Source: Marsupella aquatica
Taxonomy: Eukaryota > Plantae > Marchantiophyta
Assembly: GCA_973895155.1 (NCBI GenBank)
Contig: OZ316898.1
Coordinates: 18,115,292 to 18,179,291 of the forward strand
Direction: 5' to 3'
DNA: 64,000 nt
Part shown: positions 39,620 through 52,320 of the stretch, in pieces
Layout of the letters: every line of letters begins with the position of its first letter
Position numbering within the stretch: position 1 is the first letter of the stretch
Translations under genes and position numbers: made by a program
Notes under the pieces: generated by a model
Seen by the model: the letters and a program-made list of their open reading frames with translations, nothing else
Database searches by the model: none
What the model was told of the DNA's origin: nothing

Positions 39620-42187
39620 ATGCTTGGGAGGTGACAAGGTTTTTTTGTGACAAGTTTTTCCAACGTTCATTGTCGATGGTACATTCGGAGTTTCGTCGCA
39701 TGAAACTTGAATGTGTGTGGTTGAGCGGATAGGTTAGTGAGAGGGCTTTCTAACGGTGGTTAGAATCGCTGATTGGTATCCGTGGTGCGGAGGAATTGAA
39801 TTTTGCGTCGTTCAGGGTTTATTCGTGTTTGATGGTATTTTGGGGGAGAGACCAGAGTTCGCATTTTTCAACGGTGTGAGTTGTGCAGTGCGAGAGTGAC
39901 TGCACATTATAGCTCAAGTTGAAGGTTGAAGCGAGTTGGTCATTTCGGTAGCTGATTTGCTGCCAAGTTGTTACCGAGTGCGACGTGACGAGTGAAGGAG
40001 GCGTTCAGGTTTTTTCACAAGCTATGGACTAAGCTTGTTCTCATCTGAATCGGGTTTCTCTTTGTGACGTCCGACTCGGTGGAAGAAATGCGAAGTGCTA
40101 CGGCTCAATGGTTTGATCGCGGCAAAGCGGTCATTTTGAGCCCGGGATTGGCACTTGATGCGGAGTGAAGGCGACGCGATGGATTTTTTTTACTCTGCTG
40201 GAGCAACAGACTGTGCCGATGCAATTCGGCAAAATTTCCCGTTGGCGGTGAACTGGTACAGGCAACTGTAGCTACCTTTGTGAGTTGTATCCTAGTTTCA
40301 CTCCTCTCGGCCTCTTAAGGATAAAGGCAGATTGCGTTGGTGCTAGAGGTTGTTGGGCGGCCGATTTGCTTTTTGCGAGTGGAAGTTGATGGTGCCCGCC
40401 CTACATCTGTGGGCGGGCTAGTTCGAACCAAAGGGGAGCGTCCCAAGGGGAGGACAATGGGTCCGACAAGTTTGGAGTTAGCTTACCCGTTTGGACTGGC
40501 ATCATACTTGGATAAGTGGGATAGGTTGGAATTTCCTAAGTTTGGAATACGCATACCAACCTGGTTTGCATCAGCCTTATGGGCAAACCATTTGTTACCT
40601 CATAAAAAATTTTAAGGCCCAAAGTGGTCTAGGCGTGTTGGAACATTTACTTAGGTCACGTGGACGTGACCATTTTTAAGGGGGGGTGCAAGTCGTGGAA
40701 CTCGACTACCTTAACACTTAGCTCCGGCGTCGCTGACTCCGACGCCGAGTTCCCTTATGGTCCAGGCCCGGATAGGCCATCCGGGGAGGACTTAGCATGG
40801 GGAGACTTGTGGGCAATGAGACGTGGCACTAGCGAGGCAAGGGGCCAAGCTGGGGACACACACTAAGGACTTGGACTAGCCTATGGCTGGTTGGGTCAAG
40901 GGGAAATGGGCCGGGCTCAAGGATGGCCGTCCGGACCGTCGGATGGGCTTTGAGTTCTGAGGGTTTGGGAGTGAGCTCCTCTTGGGCCCAAGGCCAATGG
41001 AGTTGACGCCATTGGCAACGGACGCTTGGGGCGCAAGTTGTGGCCTGATCTGGGTTGGGCCGGTCGGGGGCCCCGAGCGGCGATCAGACCTGAGGCCTAG
41101 GTATGAGCACTGGGTCGGCCCGGTCACAACGGGCTAAGGCACTCCGCTTGCGGATGCCTATCAAGAAAGTTATGGGCGTTGCCAGTTGGTGGCGCCCCCA
41201 TTATGCGCGATGGGATCCGGGTTGAGGGCCAAATGTTTAGGGACCAAAGTTGGTCCGGGGGTGGCAGGTCTCCAGAAGCATATATGAGGGGAGTGGTGCC
41301 TCCCTGGGGGCTAAGGCCAAGCCGAAGTCGTGAGCCGCGGCGGTCGCGACACTAAGAGAAACCGCCAAACGGAAATGGCGATATCTTCCCAACGGGAAGT
41401 CCGTTGGAGGACTTCTTGGGTGCGTTGGAAAGCTCTTGAGGACGGTTATGCCCTCCTGGTCTCAGATGGGTCCGGGGGTGCCATGGATTCTCGTGGTTTG
41501 CGGGTGTTAGCTCGCCCGCTTGCCAAATCCTGCCGAACAGCAGCCAAGCCGCGTTCAGCCTCCCAAGGGAGCTTCCGTTGGGGAGGCAAGGCCAAGTAGG
41601 TATGGAGGCTGAGTCCCAAGGCCGCTCGGTCCTTAGACCATCAGTGGGGCAAACCGGGAGCGGTTGTTAGAGTCGGGGCCGTTCCGGTCCCGGCGTGTTG
41701 AGACAAGCTTGGAACAAACTTTAGGACAAGCTATGCTATTTGGGCCATGAGCATGTCCTGAGGTCAGGGCGGTCAGTTGGTGATGGATAGGTACGAGGGG
41801 GAACCCGGGCCGCGCCCAAGGAAGGAGCTATCCTGGACGGACAGTGGGCGTGGGTTCTGGTTCTGGCTTATGACATCGGGAGGACCTATCGCTGACCTAT
41901 TTACCAACGTCTATTGAGGTTGAGTTAGGATGCTAGACTGGACGAGTTCTAGGTCCGAAGGGGTTACTTACCGAGGTGCTTGGTTGTTTGTGCAGACAGT
42001 GAGGACCGTTGAGTAGCGGTCGTGTAGGTGAGCAAGTGCGGCTTCGTATGGGAGTGGCCGCAGGTGGTGCTAGAGGCACTTGGATGCTTGCTCGAGGTAT
42101 TCCGTGGAGGCGTTCGGGCACCAAGGGCACTTAGGCGCAAGTGCTAGGATTGGTGAGGGCGCTGGGTGGCGAGGTCCACCACTGTAG

Positions 42188-42873
42188 GACTTTGCGCCAT
42201 CGACTGCGGGTTTATGTTTTGGCACATTCGCTCGCTCCAACCCGAACGACTTAAGTTTGTGTCAACGACTTCTTCCTTGTGGAGTCGTGGTTTATGTTCT
42301 GGCAAATCTTCTTTCCAACAGAGTTATATTTTCTTTGTAAGAGAGTCTAAGTGTTCAAGGCAAGCCTAGTACTTTGGTTAAGAGTCATGATTTATAGAGT
42401 CTTGGTTTATGTTGTGCCAAATACTTATCCTCTATGGACTTGTGATTAATGTTTTGGCAACACTTCTTTCCAAGGGAGTGATGTTTGTTTAGTAAGACAG
42501 TCTAAGCATTTAGGCACAACCTAGTATTTTGGTTAAGAGTCATGATTCTAGAGTCTTGGTTGATGTTTTTCCAAATGCTTCTTCTCGATGGAGTCATGGT
42601 TTATGTTCTGGCAACACTTCTTTCCGATGGAGTCATACCTATTTTGTAATAGAATCTAAGTGTTCAAGGGGAGCCTAATACTTTGGTTGAGAGTCATGAT
42701 TGTTAGACTCTTGGGTTATGTTATGCCAAGTACTTATTCTCTATGGAGTTGTGGTTTATGTCTTGGCAACACTTACTTCCAAAAAGTTGATGACACAAAG
42801 TCGATCAGGCTGGAGCGGCCGACAAAAAGTGATGGGTGCCAAAACATAAACCCGAAGTCGATGGCGCAAAGTC
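42188..42873. mobile_element. Foldback-like element: 38-bp inverted termini enclosing a ~154-bp tandem array
   Basis: GACTTTGCGCCATCGACTGCGGGTTTATGTTTTGGCAC (from 42188) is inverted at 42836-42873 with 1 mismatch. Array units start at ~42283, 42438, 42591 and 42747. Confidence 0.75.
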
Positions 42874-44547
42874 GATCGGACCGGAACGCATGCGTTAAAT
42901 CGTAGAGTATTGGTTTATGTTCTGCCAAACTTGGGCCGGAGCGGGCAGCAGCATCGGGGATTGGGACGGGCAGTGTACGGCGCCCCGGGAAAGTGGGGGA
43001 GCATTAACTTGACGTAGATTTAACTCAGGGTCAACTTTAGTGTTGTTGCCCTTGTTGAGCCTCACCCAACATTTGTACATGTATGACAAATCAAACCAAT
43101 AAGAGTTCATTCAAGGAGCTAAGTATCGTAGCAAGCAAAAATTGCTTCATTGCTTTGATGAAAGGTCAATGATCGATAACAACATCCCCATGTAAAAGTG
43201 GAGGGATTTAACTGAGCATGTATGGCTAGCAAAGTTTTGGGTTTAGCAAAACAAATTCAGGCCTGTTTGCTAAACCCTATACCCTTGATATGTGCACATA
43301 AACACTTTTTGGTAGGCACACAATCCATCAGATAGATTTCACTGACTGATTAGCGCATGGCATGTTTTAGTTAAGTTAAAATTGCAGTTATGGGGCAGGA
43401 GCCAAATTCAGGGCAGGGAAGTACATTTTAGGGTGGGAGTCACAAGACTCTTTAATGATGGAGGAAAATTGCACATTTAACAAGGAGAGGTAAACCACAC
43501 ACACTTTTGGAATTGCACAGGTTTGCAATATCACCCTGGTTTAGTACACACTGGATGCTTCTTAACGATGAGTGTGCACTTAAAGCGAGCCTCCTGGAAA
43601 CTTACAGTCCTACCAACTAGGACTTTTTCTTATTTTTTCCATATTTCTGAAGTTAAGATACCTAAGGTTTCACTCTATACCTAGCTTGAAAATCTAGCTT
43701 TGCTAGTCGTTCATCGTATAAATTTGCCTGCACCTAGTCTACTGTAGTAGGGGTAGTGATACTAGTCATTGCAGAACTCCCAAGACAAATCATGTTGTAG
43801 CTGAGCACTCTTATAGACTGGGCTTTTAGGTGGCTTGGTTGTGAAGGGACACTGTGAAGTACAAGAAAGTACTCTTCCGTATGCATTATTGGGTTTGGTC
43901 TCTTTTTGCCTGTGCCCTCCTATTCTGTTTCCACCCTCAGTATAGTTTCTCTTCCTTGAATGAGCATTTTTTACCAACCACTAACAACTAAAAGGAAGCC
44001 ATAAGCTCGCTGGACCCCAAAGTTTGACAAACCACTTGAATGGTTCGTCTCAACTTGGATGGACCGTTTTCAAACATTAGGTTGGCATAACATAGTATCA
44101 TAAAATTGTTTGTAATATCATCCTGAAATATTTTCTGTAGAACAGGAAAAACATGGTGGACACCAAGAAGGCACCATATAACACCATCAAAAAAATTCAC
44201 CATACAACAAGTAAACTTCTAATGAGCCAAAGGCTGGTTGGAGGGCTAGCATTCTTGGTCTGGGTTTCTCCCCTTTGCTCTTCCCCACCAAAAATCAAGG
44301 TGAAATTCCCTTGATGCATTATTAGGTCAGGGCCCTTTTGTCTGTTCCTATCTCTTTTGTGCAAGCTCCAAACAAATTTGTCATGTAGATGTTAAGAATA
44401 ATCAAAGTATCTCGATACGATATTCATCTACTGTAGACACTGACTTTTCTACAATACTTTTTAAATGAGCAAGTAAAAACAAAATTTTTTGACCTAGCGT
44501 TATTTTCTGGATAAAAGTATACATAATCACTAATTTTCGCGCAGAAA

Positions 44548-44851
44548 CCGGGATGCACCACGGTACCAGTAGGGGCAGCGGGCCGAGGGGATCCCGCATG
44601 CCCGGACTGCCCGCTCCCAACGCCCTCATGCCTGAAAAGCCCTTCCCACGCCCTGCCCGTCTGCCCGACCGCCCATGTCTTGCCCTGTATCGCTGGACCA
44701 GGTGGCACTGAGTTGCCAGGCCTCATAAACATCGGACCGTCTGCCCGGCTGCCCGAGTACCCGTAACGCTTGTCTTTGCTCCCGGAGTCCCGGCCCTCTC
44801 CCTGCCCGCGGCCCTGCCCTTGAGACTGTTCTGCCCCGATAAAGCAACCGG
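44548..44851. mobile_element. Possible GC-rich MITE-like insertion
   Basis: Abrupt GC-rich block with GCCC/CTGCCC repeats and weak CCGG..GC termini. No TSD. Confidence 0.3.
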
Positions 44852-45339
44852 ACTGTAGTTGTCTTTGTCGTCTTACGAGGTTACCCGCCATAAATACGGA
44901 GAACCAACTGTAGTAGGGTAGTGGTGACTGTAGATGTCTGGCGACTTTACAGTAACTGGCTTAAGTTATTCATGGACAACATGGCGGTCCCTCCATCGGT
45001 AGTAATAATGGATGTCGACTGAGTTTGTTGATAGCAGCTGCTTCAATGCTTATTTGTATTAATTGACAAAGCTACAGTCAAAGTTGAAAGTAGGCTGGGG
45101 GCGGGGACGGCAGTGCAATTCATGAGGGGGCAACAAGAACTCTGGTCAAATTTTCCCCATACAGTACTAGGTATTGAAATGTGTGAATTGCCACAATCCT
45201 AGGTATTGAAATGTGTGAAATTGACACTTTGCATGAACTTGGGGGCACCATTAGTGTTCCTGGTCACCTGCTAGTGGGTCCCTTTTTTCTTCTGTAGAGG
45301 TGGCCATCTTTTTGTTCTTTGAAAAACTTAGACTTCGAG

Positions 45340-46665
45340 GTGGTGGAAAAGAATGGATTCCCAATAACCTCGTCAAGAATCTTGAGAAGGACAGGAATGA
45401 ATGAATGGATGTGATGAGGGAGACACTCTCCTTCTGAGTTGGGTGGAGGCGGGTGAAGATATAGGTGATCATAACTGAAGGGTTAACAACCTTGAGTCAA
45501 CAAGGCTCTTGAGCTTCAGTGGTAGAGGTGATTGGTTAGTGGGGTTAAGAACTTCAATTCCCAGTAACCTCCTTGAGAATCTTGAGGAGAAATAACAAGG
45601 CTCATGAGCTTCAATGCTAGAGGTGATTGATTAGTGATGGGGTTAAGAACCTCTATTCCCAGTAACTCATTGAGAATCTCGAGTAGACAAGGAATGAATG
45701 AATGAATGTAATGAGGGAGATACTCCCTTTCTGAGTTGGGTGCAAGTAAGGTGAAGATATAGGTGATCATAAATGAAGGGTTAACAACCTTGAGTTTGGA
45801 CTTGCCCGGCAAATGGAGCCTTTGGAGCCTTTCAACCGGCAAGTTGTCACCCGGACCCTCCCGGCCACCCCATGTCCACTGCCCAGCCCGAGCCGGTTCT
45901 TCCCTGAAGTCCCCGGCCCGTCCCCCCGGCAAAACCCCCCCAGTCCCGGTCCCCGGTCGCCCTGCCCCAAGTACTCACCTAGGCCCGGCTCCTGGCCCCA
46001 TCCCCCGGTCTCCCTTCCCGGTTTCCCCTCCCCCGGCCCGGCTGCCACCATAGCTGGGGTGGGGTCCGGGGCAGGGGAGGATTAGGGCAGCAGGGTCCGG
46101 GAATGGTTCGGGAAGGGACGGGGCCAGGCCAGGGAATAATCGGGAATATCTGGCAAATAGAGCCATTTTTGCCTGGCAAATGAAGACTTTACGTGCCCGG
46201 CAACTGGGCACGGCAACTGGGCAGCTTGCCCGTAACTTCAAACCGGGCCTGAGCTTCAGTGGTAGAGGTGATTGATTAGTGGGGTTAAGAACTTTGATTC
46301 CCAGTATCCTAGTTGAGAATCTTGAGGGGAAAAAACAAGGCTCCTGAGTTTCAATGGTAGAGGTGATTGATTAGTGATGGAGATAATTAAGAACTTCGAT
46401 TCCCAGTAACCTCGTTGAGAATCTTGAGGAGAGAAAACAAGGCTCCTGAGCTTCAATGGTAGAGGTGATTGATTAGTGAGGAGAAAAAACAAGGCTCCTG
46501 AGCTTCAATGGTGGAGGTGATTGATTGATTAGTGATGATGAGGTTAAGAACCTCGATTCCCAGTAACCTCTAACCTCGTTGAGAATCTTGAGGAGAAAAG
46601 GAATGAATGAAACTGGTGAATGAGGCACCCTCGTTCTTCTGAGCTGGGTGGAGGTACGGTGAAGG
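45340..46665. repeat. Complex tandem array (~80-100-bp units plus a longer unit)
   Basis: AACAAGGCTC(C/T/A)TGAGCTTCA(A/G)TGGTAGAGGTGATTG..GTTAAGAAC..ATTCCCAGTAACCTC..GAGAATCTTGAG is repeated about 6 times, and a GAATGAATGAA..TTCTGAG(T/C)TGGGTG segment 3 times. Confidence 0.85.
45794..46247. mobile_element. GC-rich hAT-type MITE, same family as 395-859, inserted in the tandem array
   Basis: Right end, as reverse complement, reads CCCGGTTTGAAGTTACGGGCAAG. Left end GTTTGGACTTGCCCGGCAAATGG resembles the left end of 395-859 without its first bases. The element is C-rich then G-rich. Confidence 0.75.
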
Positions 46666-47437
46666 TACGTCCGCTCATTCCGCATGCTCCTCAATTTCCT
46701 GGCTGGCAGCATTTCACTCACGTCAGCCACCCACCTCTGTGTGAGCTTGTTATTAGTGTAGCTGCACAATCCAATGGGTTAATCAAGGGAGCAAGTGAGG
46801 GAGGGCAGCTTAGTGCTGGCGTGGCTAGCGTGCCAATTCCTTTCGCAGACTGACTGGAGATGCTGGATGATGGAATCGCAGTGTCGCATACAGATGTGAT
46901 GGGCTGGATGATTGTCTGAATCTGAATGCTCACTTTCGTGGTGGTGATGCAGCCTTTCACCACACGGTAGGCCACTCCAATCCTGCCTGGGATCCAGCAT
47001 CCTGCCTCCAGCCTCTCCTCCACGCTCTGCGTGTATCTCATTTGAGGAGCTTTGTCCCGGGCGTCATTATTGTTGACAATGGTAACTGATTGATTGATAT
47101 TTCCATGGTAATGGAAAGGTGGATCCTGACTCGAGTGATGAGTGAATGACGAGAGCTGGCTTGGAGAATGCCTTTGCCCCCATGTCACGCTCCATCCAAA
47201 GTTGGTGAGTTGTGAACACCTGTTTTACGAGACGAGGCAATGAGAGAAGAGGAGAGATGGGGGGAGGTGGTGGTGGCATGGAAGTGATGGCTGGGTGATT
47301 CTTTTTCTCCCGTTGGAGATTGCTGTCAATTTTCTCGCTCTCTTTTTGTGTGGTAAGTCCGACGTGGGGAAACCACTGTAGTTTTGGTTAGTTGGGCTAG
47401 CAAAGTAGCGGCATGGCAAGCTGCGAAAAGCTATAGT

Positions 47438-47547
47438 AGCTGACTAGCTGCTCTCCATTCACGTTTGTGTCGCTTTTTGTTCTGTGGGACGGAGCTGACT
47501 AGCTGCTCTCCATTCACGTATGTGTCGCTTTTTGTTCTGTGGGACGG
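47438..47547. repeat. 2 x 55-bp tandem duplication upstream of the FLA gene
   Basis: AGCTGACTAGCTGCTCTCCATTCACGT..GTGGGACGG twice, with 1 mismatch. Confidence 0.9.
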
Positions 47548-48082
47548 GATGTGTACTTGATGAGTGATGAAGAGAGAGTGATGGATGGATTGATGAATCA
47601 ATCAATCAAGCAGTGCCTGAATGAGGTGAGCACAACAATCAGAGCATGTGCAACCGGCAGGTCCAGTTGCAAACAATGCTGTAGTACTAACTGAACATTT
47701 TCACATACAGACGAGGCGGAACGAGGACGAGGAGGAGATGATACCTCACTCACACACGACCAGCCTGAGCAGCTGCTGGACTTGATTGGGCTGGTAGTTG
47801 TCAGGTCCCACTCAATCAGGGAGAAATGAGGCAGCGGGGAAAAGTGGAGCAGGGGAAGCTGCAGGAGCAAGGGAAGCTAGAGGAGGGCAGGAGGAGGGGA
47901 GAGGGAGTAGTGGTACGGTGAAGCAAGGGCTACCATACGTGCTGAAGAGCCCGAGCTCAAGCTCCTTGATGCCGGCACTGCGGCCAACCCAGCGTGCGGA
48001 TTTCTTACACTCGTTTCGCATGCCCTCTCTCGATTGCTCCTTCGGTTAGCTAGACAGCTCTTCGCTTGGTGGTTTCCCAGCG

Positions 48083-50731
48083 ATGGGAGCCCGGATGGGC
48101 TTGCCAGTTGCCCTTTTCCTCTGCCTCTTCTGTTCTGTATCATTTTCCTCCTCTAGCAGCATTGTTGTCAATGCAGCTTCTCTGTCCACCTCCTCGGGGA
48201 TCAACGATGGATCAGGGTCAGTGCTGGAAGCTTTGCTAGAATCGCACTATTCAGAATGGATGGAACTGGTAGAGAGGGCACAGATGCTGCATCCTCTGGA
48301 GCAGCTCGTGGGATCGGGTGACAAACTCACCATTTTTGCCCCTCAGAACCACCAGATGCATCCAGGACTCAAGGCTTTCCTGCTGAAGCCACCCAATGCC
48401 CACCTGCTGAAGCAAATGGTGCAGTTTCATGTCCTTGCCCAGCGTGTCACCGTTTCCCAGTGGAGTGACACCACCATGAAGTCCCTGGCTGGCGATTCTG
48501 TGACACTCCGGTCTGAGACCTCCGAGGACGATGTGAAGTTGTATGTTGGTGAAGCTGAAGTTGTGGCTCCAGAGATCATAGTCCGGGCTGATGGAATAGT
48601 CCATGGAGTAGATCAGATGATGCTCCCAATGTCCGTCCAGCAATCGTATATAGCGTTCACCACCCGTCATCTTGCCATCCCATTACCCACAGGAGCTCCA
48701 ACACTGGACACTAGGCGAATAATCCTCGCTGGAGAGGGAAAGCTAGTCACCACTGCTGCCAAAATCGTGAAGAAGAAGCCGTCGGTAGCAGCAGCTCCAG
48801 TCTCAGCAACTGCTCTGTCTCCCGCCTTCGCTCCTGCCCCGGGACCGGGACCTTCTGGAGCACCACAATTTTACGGCTCCGGCTCATTTGGAGAATTGGA
48901 GGTCACCACTTTCGTCACAGCTATGTCTCGCTTCGGAGGCTATACAGAATTTGCAGGGTTGTTGGTAGACTTGACGAGCGTGGGATATGAGATTTCGAGA
49001 CTTGTCGACCGCGGGCGAAAGCTCACAATTCTGGCTCCGGACGACAATGCCTGGAAGGAAGCCAACCTGACCCCGGATCAGCTTAGCTCCCCCACGGAGC
49101 TGGAGCATATCCTAAAGTATCACATCATCACGGAATATCAGACTGAGGAGAGTCTTTACAGCACTTTGAGACGGATGGGGAAGACTTCGTTCAACACTCT
49201 CCATGAATCCGCCACCCTGAGTGCACATGAGCAGGACGGGCTGGTGGTGTTCGGGGAGAAAGTTATGGAGGCCGGAGTCTTCGACCATGACATTTATACT
49301 GATGGAAGTATCTCGGTACAGGGAGTGGACAAAGTGATCATTCCGCCCAAGACCACAACCAGCAAACCCACAGACTTGAAACGCCCCAGATCAGTGCTCG
49401 AAATGCTGCAGTTGCCTTCCAGAAAATCAGTCGTTGGAAACTCAGGTACGTCTACGCTTTTCACTCTTCGTCCCCGATTGAGGAAATTGATCCCTGTTTT
49501 TCTTAGACGTCTTTGGCGTTCTTCGTGAGGTGTTTATGTTTTAGACATAGTCCGTGTCTGACAGTAGTGTCTAGATGATGTGTTTCCTCGGAAGCTCGAT
49601 TGCACCAATGGAATCGGTCCCTGTATTGATGCACCGAGAATGGACTTCCACATCGCACTTCGTATCACCCGAAATCTGAGACAGGACTAAAGTATTATTA
49701 CATTCGGTGGTTGCCCTCGGAGATGGTCGTGCTAGTCATAGGGGGCTATATCAATCAATCCCCACGGGAGACTCTGGCGAACTTCCTTACTACGAACCCA
49801 CAGGGCCCCACTTAGCAGAGTAAGAGAATGTTAAACAAGGAATGAATGGCTCCTTGGTGGAGGCCCAGTACTAGTTGGGTCACAAGCATTTGCGGCTCTT
49901 GGGATTTCACAGGAAGAAATTGGTTCCTAGGAGTGGAGATGTACAGTTGTAGTCGGCACAGGCAGCATGGTTCCAAGCGAACAGTAGCATTTTGCATGAA
50001 AGAGCGGCGAAGGGACTGAAGAAGGAACGTGGAAGTGACCTCGAACTCAGGATCTTGGACATCGATGCACAGCAGAAGTGCTGGGTGGACTGGTTTTTTT
50101 CCTCGGACGATTGACCAATTCGTCGTAGTGGGCCCTTCAATTGCAAACGAGATCCTTGCGGTCGAATCGTGCACTGTAGTGACTGTGGAACTACAGTGGA
50201 CAGCTGGATCCTGCTTGGAATTAGGGATCTCCCTCATGCAAACAAAATTTCAGCACTCGCAGGCCTTATTAGAGTCTTGTCCTTGAATGGGGAGTGGGGT
50301 ATATTCTATCCTTGCTCGTCTATGTCGTAACACGTAGTCACCCTTTGCGAATGGCTGAACGAAGTGACGCTGACAAGGTGAAGAACGGAGATGCCTCCCT
50401 CAGTCAAACCGGCTTCTACGACAATCATAGAGCGATGGGGCCCGAACTAGAGACAATAGTGAGGAGTTTTAGCTTGTTTGGCCTCGAGCTTACGTAATCC
50501 ATGGGTGGACGTTCGTTGGATCCAGCTGCGGGTGGTTGTGAACCAGTTGTGGACGCATGGTTTATTTTTGCATTTCGTCAACTCTACTTTCTCTTTCTGG
50601 CTCTGACAACTGTGCTACGTCTTGGCTGCTTTGATTGATGTCCAGGACCCAGGAGGACGGTGGCATCAGCCGCATCCTTCGCTGCAGTGGTTTCAGTCGT
50701 TGCCCTTTTCGTCATCAACATCCTGGTATGA
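48083..50731 (+). CDS. Fasciclin-like arabinogalactan protein with two FAS1 domains (group B, FLA15-18-like)
   Basis: Signal peptide; SVLEALLESHYSEWMELVERA, LTIFAP, IIVRADGIVHGVD; AGP-like APAPGPGP; LTILAPDD, ILKYHIITEYQTEESLY, DIYTDGSISVQGVDKV. Exon 1 is 48083-49445. A proposed exon 2 at 50646-50731 is phase-compatible but less certain. Confidence 0.92.
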
Positions 50732-52083
50732 GAGAAGGTGACAAGGCTCCTCGCCTATTACTGTAGATTGGCGGTTGGAATCCCCAGGAAAGTCTGCAAC
50801 TCGGAGATTTTTATCATCAAGAGGGATTGAGACCTGACATAAAGACTGCTCTCTATAGTATTTGTTATAGTATCGGTTCGGATCGCATAACGCCATAACC
50901 CGACCTGTCCAATGTCGACGACTCTTCAAGCATCTGTTCTGTCGACCATTAAAGGGCCGTCCAGTCTGATCTCGTTGTCGTAAAAGAAATGTGGATTTTG
51001 AGAACGAATGATAGGGAAGTCCCATCTGAGTAAAATTATATGGCGGTAGCTTGCGACATGTATTTCATAAACACTGCAACATTTTGCAGTGAGCTTTGTA
51101 CAAAATTGTTTACCAAGGCTCACCACCTTCAAAGCATCTGAAGCCTCCACAGACGGGCCAACTCATGTCAAAAGGTGTTGGACATCGGGTTCTCAAATTT
51201 GTCAATTAAAGCTGGTTGCCGCATAGTATTGGAGTCTAGTTCAGTGCCGAATCTATCTTGTACTATATTATCTTCGTCGGTCTCCACAAGTTGAGGGTTT
51301 TGGCCCCACATGATTCTAAAAGGGGCATTCAATATTCTGTACTGATTAGGGTAGGATTAGAATAGGATGTGGGTAATAAAACGAGATCATTCAAAAAGCG
51401 TCTCTACATTGAGAACCCAACCAATCTACCCTCCTCTAGCCTCCTCGAAGCTTGTTCATCATGAATATTTCATGAGGGTTATCAGAAGTGTGACGATGAG
51501 AATGAGTATGATAACACCCTGCACACCCTGCTGTCAAGAGGGTGGTTTGGCTTATAATTGTTTGAGGGTGCTATTATAACATGGCACCCTCAAGTGATTC
51601 TAGATCAGGACATTTCTGTGATTGGAACACTTTCAAGAAATTGTTTCATGAAGCCGGACATGCTTTTATGATCCTGCCCTCCAACACATCCAGCACAAAC
51701 AAGGTCCAAAGTGGTTTAAGTATTGCGAGTAACCCATGGTACTCGTTTCAATATACAATGTATACAAACGAGCTATCATTCACCACATGGGGCAAAAACG
51801 AAGATCTCCTTGACATCTACTTTCAACCAAAAGTGCATCAAAAATAGTTCATACTGTCAAGAATTCAAGAGACAATATTAGAGTACGAGGTCCTCTGGAG
51901 AGAAGCAAGTGGATGCGAACCAGGTCCTCGTGTTCACCTTAGTAAGTGAACAGGGGCCCACTAAGACAGGCCCCTTTATGGTTGCATCTGTGGTTTAAAC
52001 GGCCACTGGCCATATAAAGGAGGGGGGGGGGGGAAGTGTTTTCACTTTGCTCTCATTCGTTTCCTTTCCCATTCCATATTGTT

Positions 52084-52320
52084 ACACAAATTCAGGAAAT
52101 GATAATTCAGGAAATTATATTATTTATGGTGAAACCTGGTGTAACCAGGTTTTTGTCATGGCTAGTGATGATTTAAGATAAGTAAAAATGGTGACTTAAC
52201 AAGACTCCTCTCCATATTGCTCCACAAATTCAGGAAATTATATTATTTATGGTGTAACCAGGTTTTTGTTATGACTAATGGTGGTTTAAGATAAGTAAAA
52301 GTGGACACTTAACAAGACTG
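52084..52320. repeat. Diverged ~140-bp tandem duplication
   Basis: CACAAATTCAGGAAAT..TATATTATTTATGGTG..TAACCAGGTTTTTGT..TTTAAGATAAGTAAAA..CTTAACAAGACT twice. Confidence 0.8.

Noticed and set aside
43193-43215. Polypurine tract AAAAGTGGAGGGA as the PPT for a 3' LTR
   Set aside because: It is not followed by TG or by a match to the 39262-39605 LTR.
42283-46665. CRISPR-like repeat-spacer arrays
   Set aside because: The context is eukaryotic, and the inter-repeat segments are homologous to each other rather than unique spacers.
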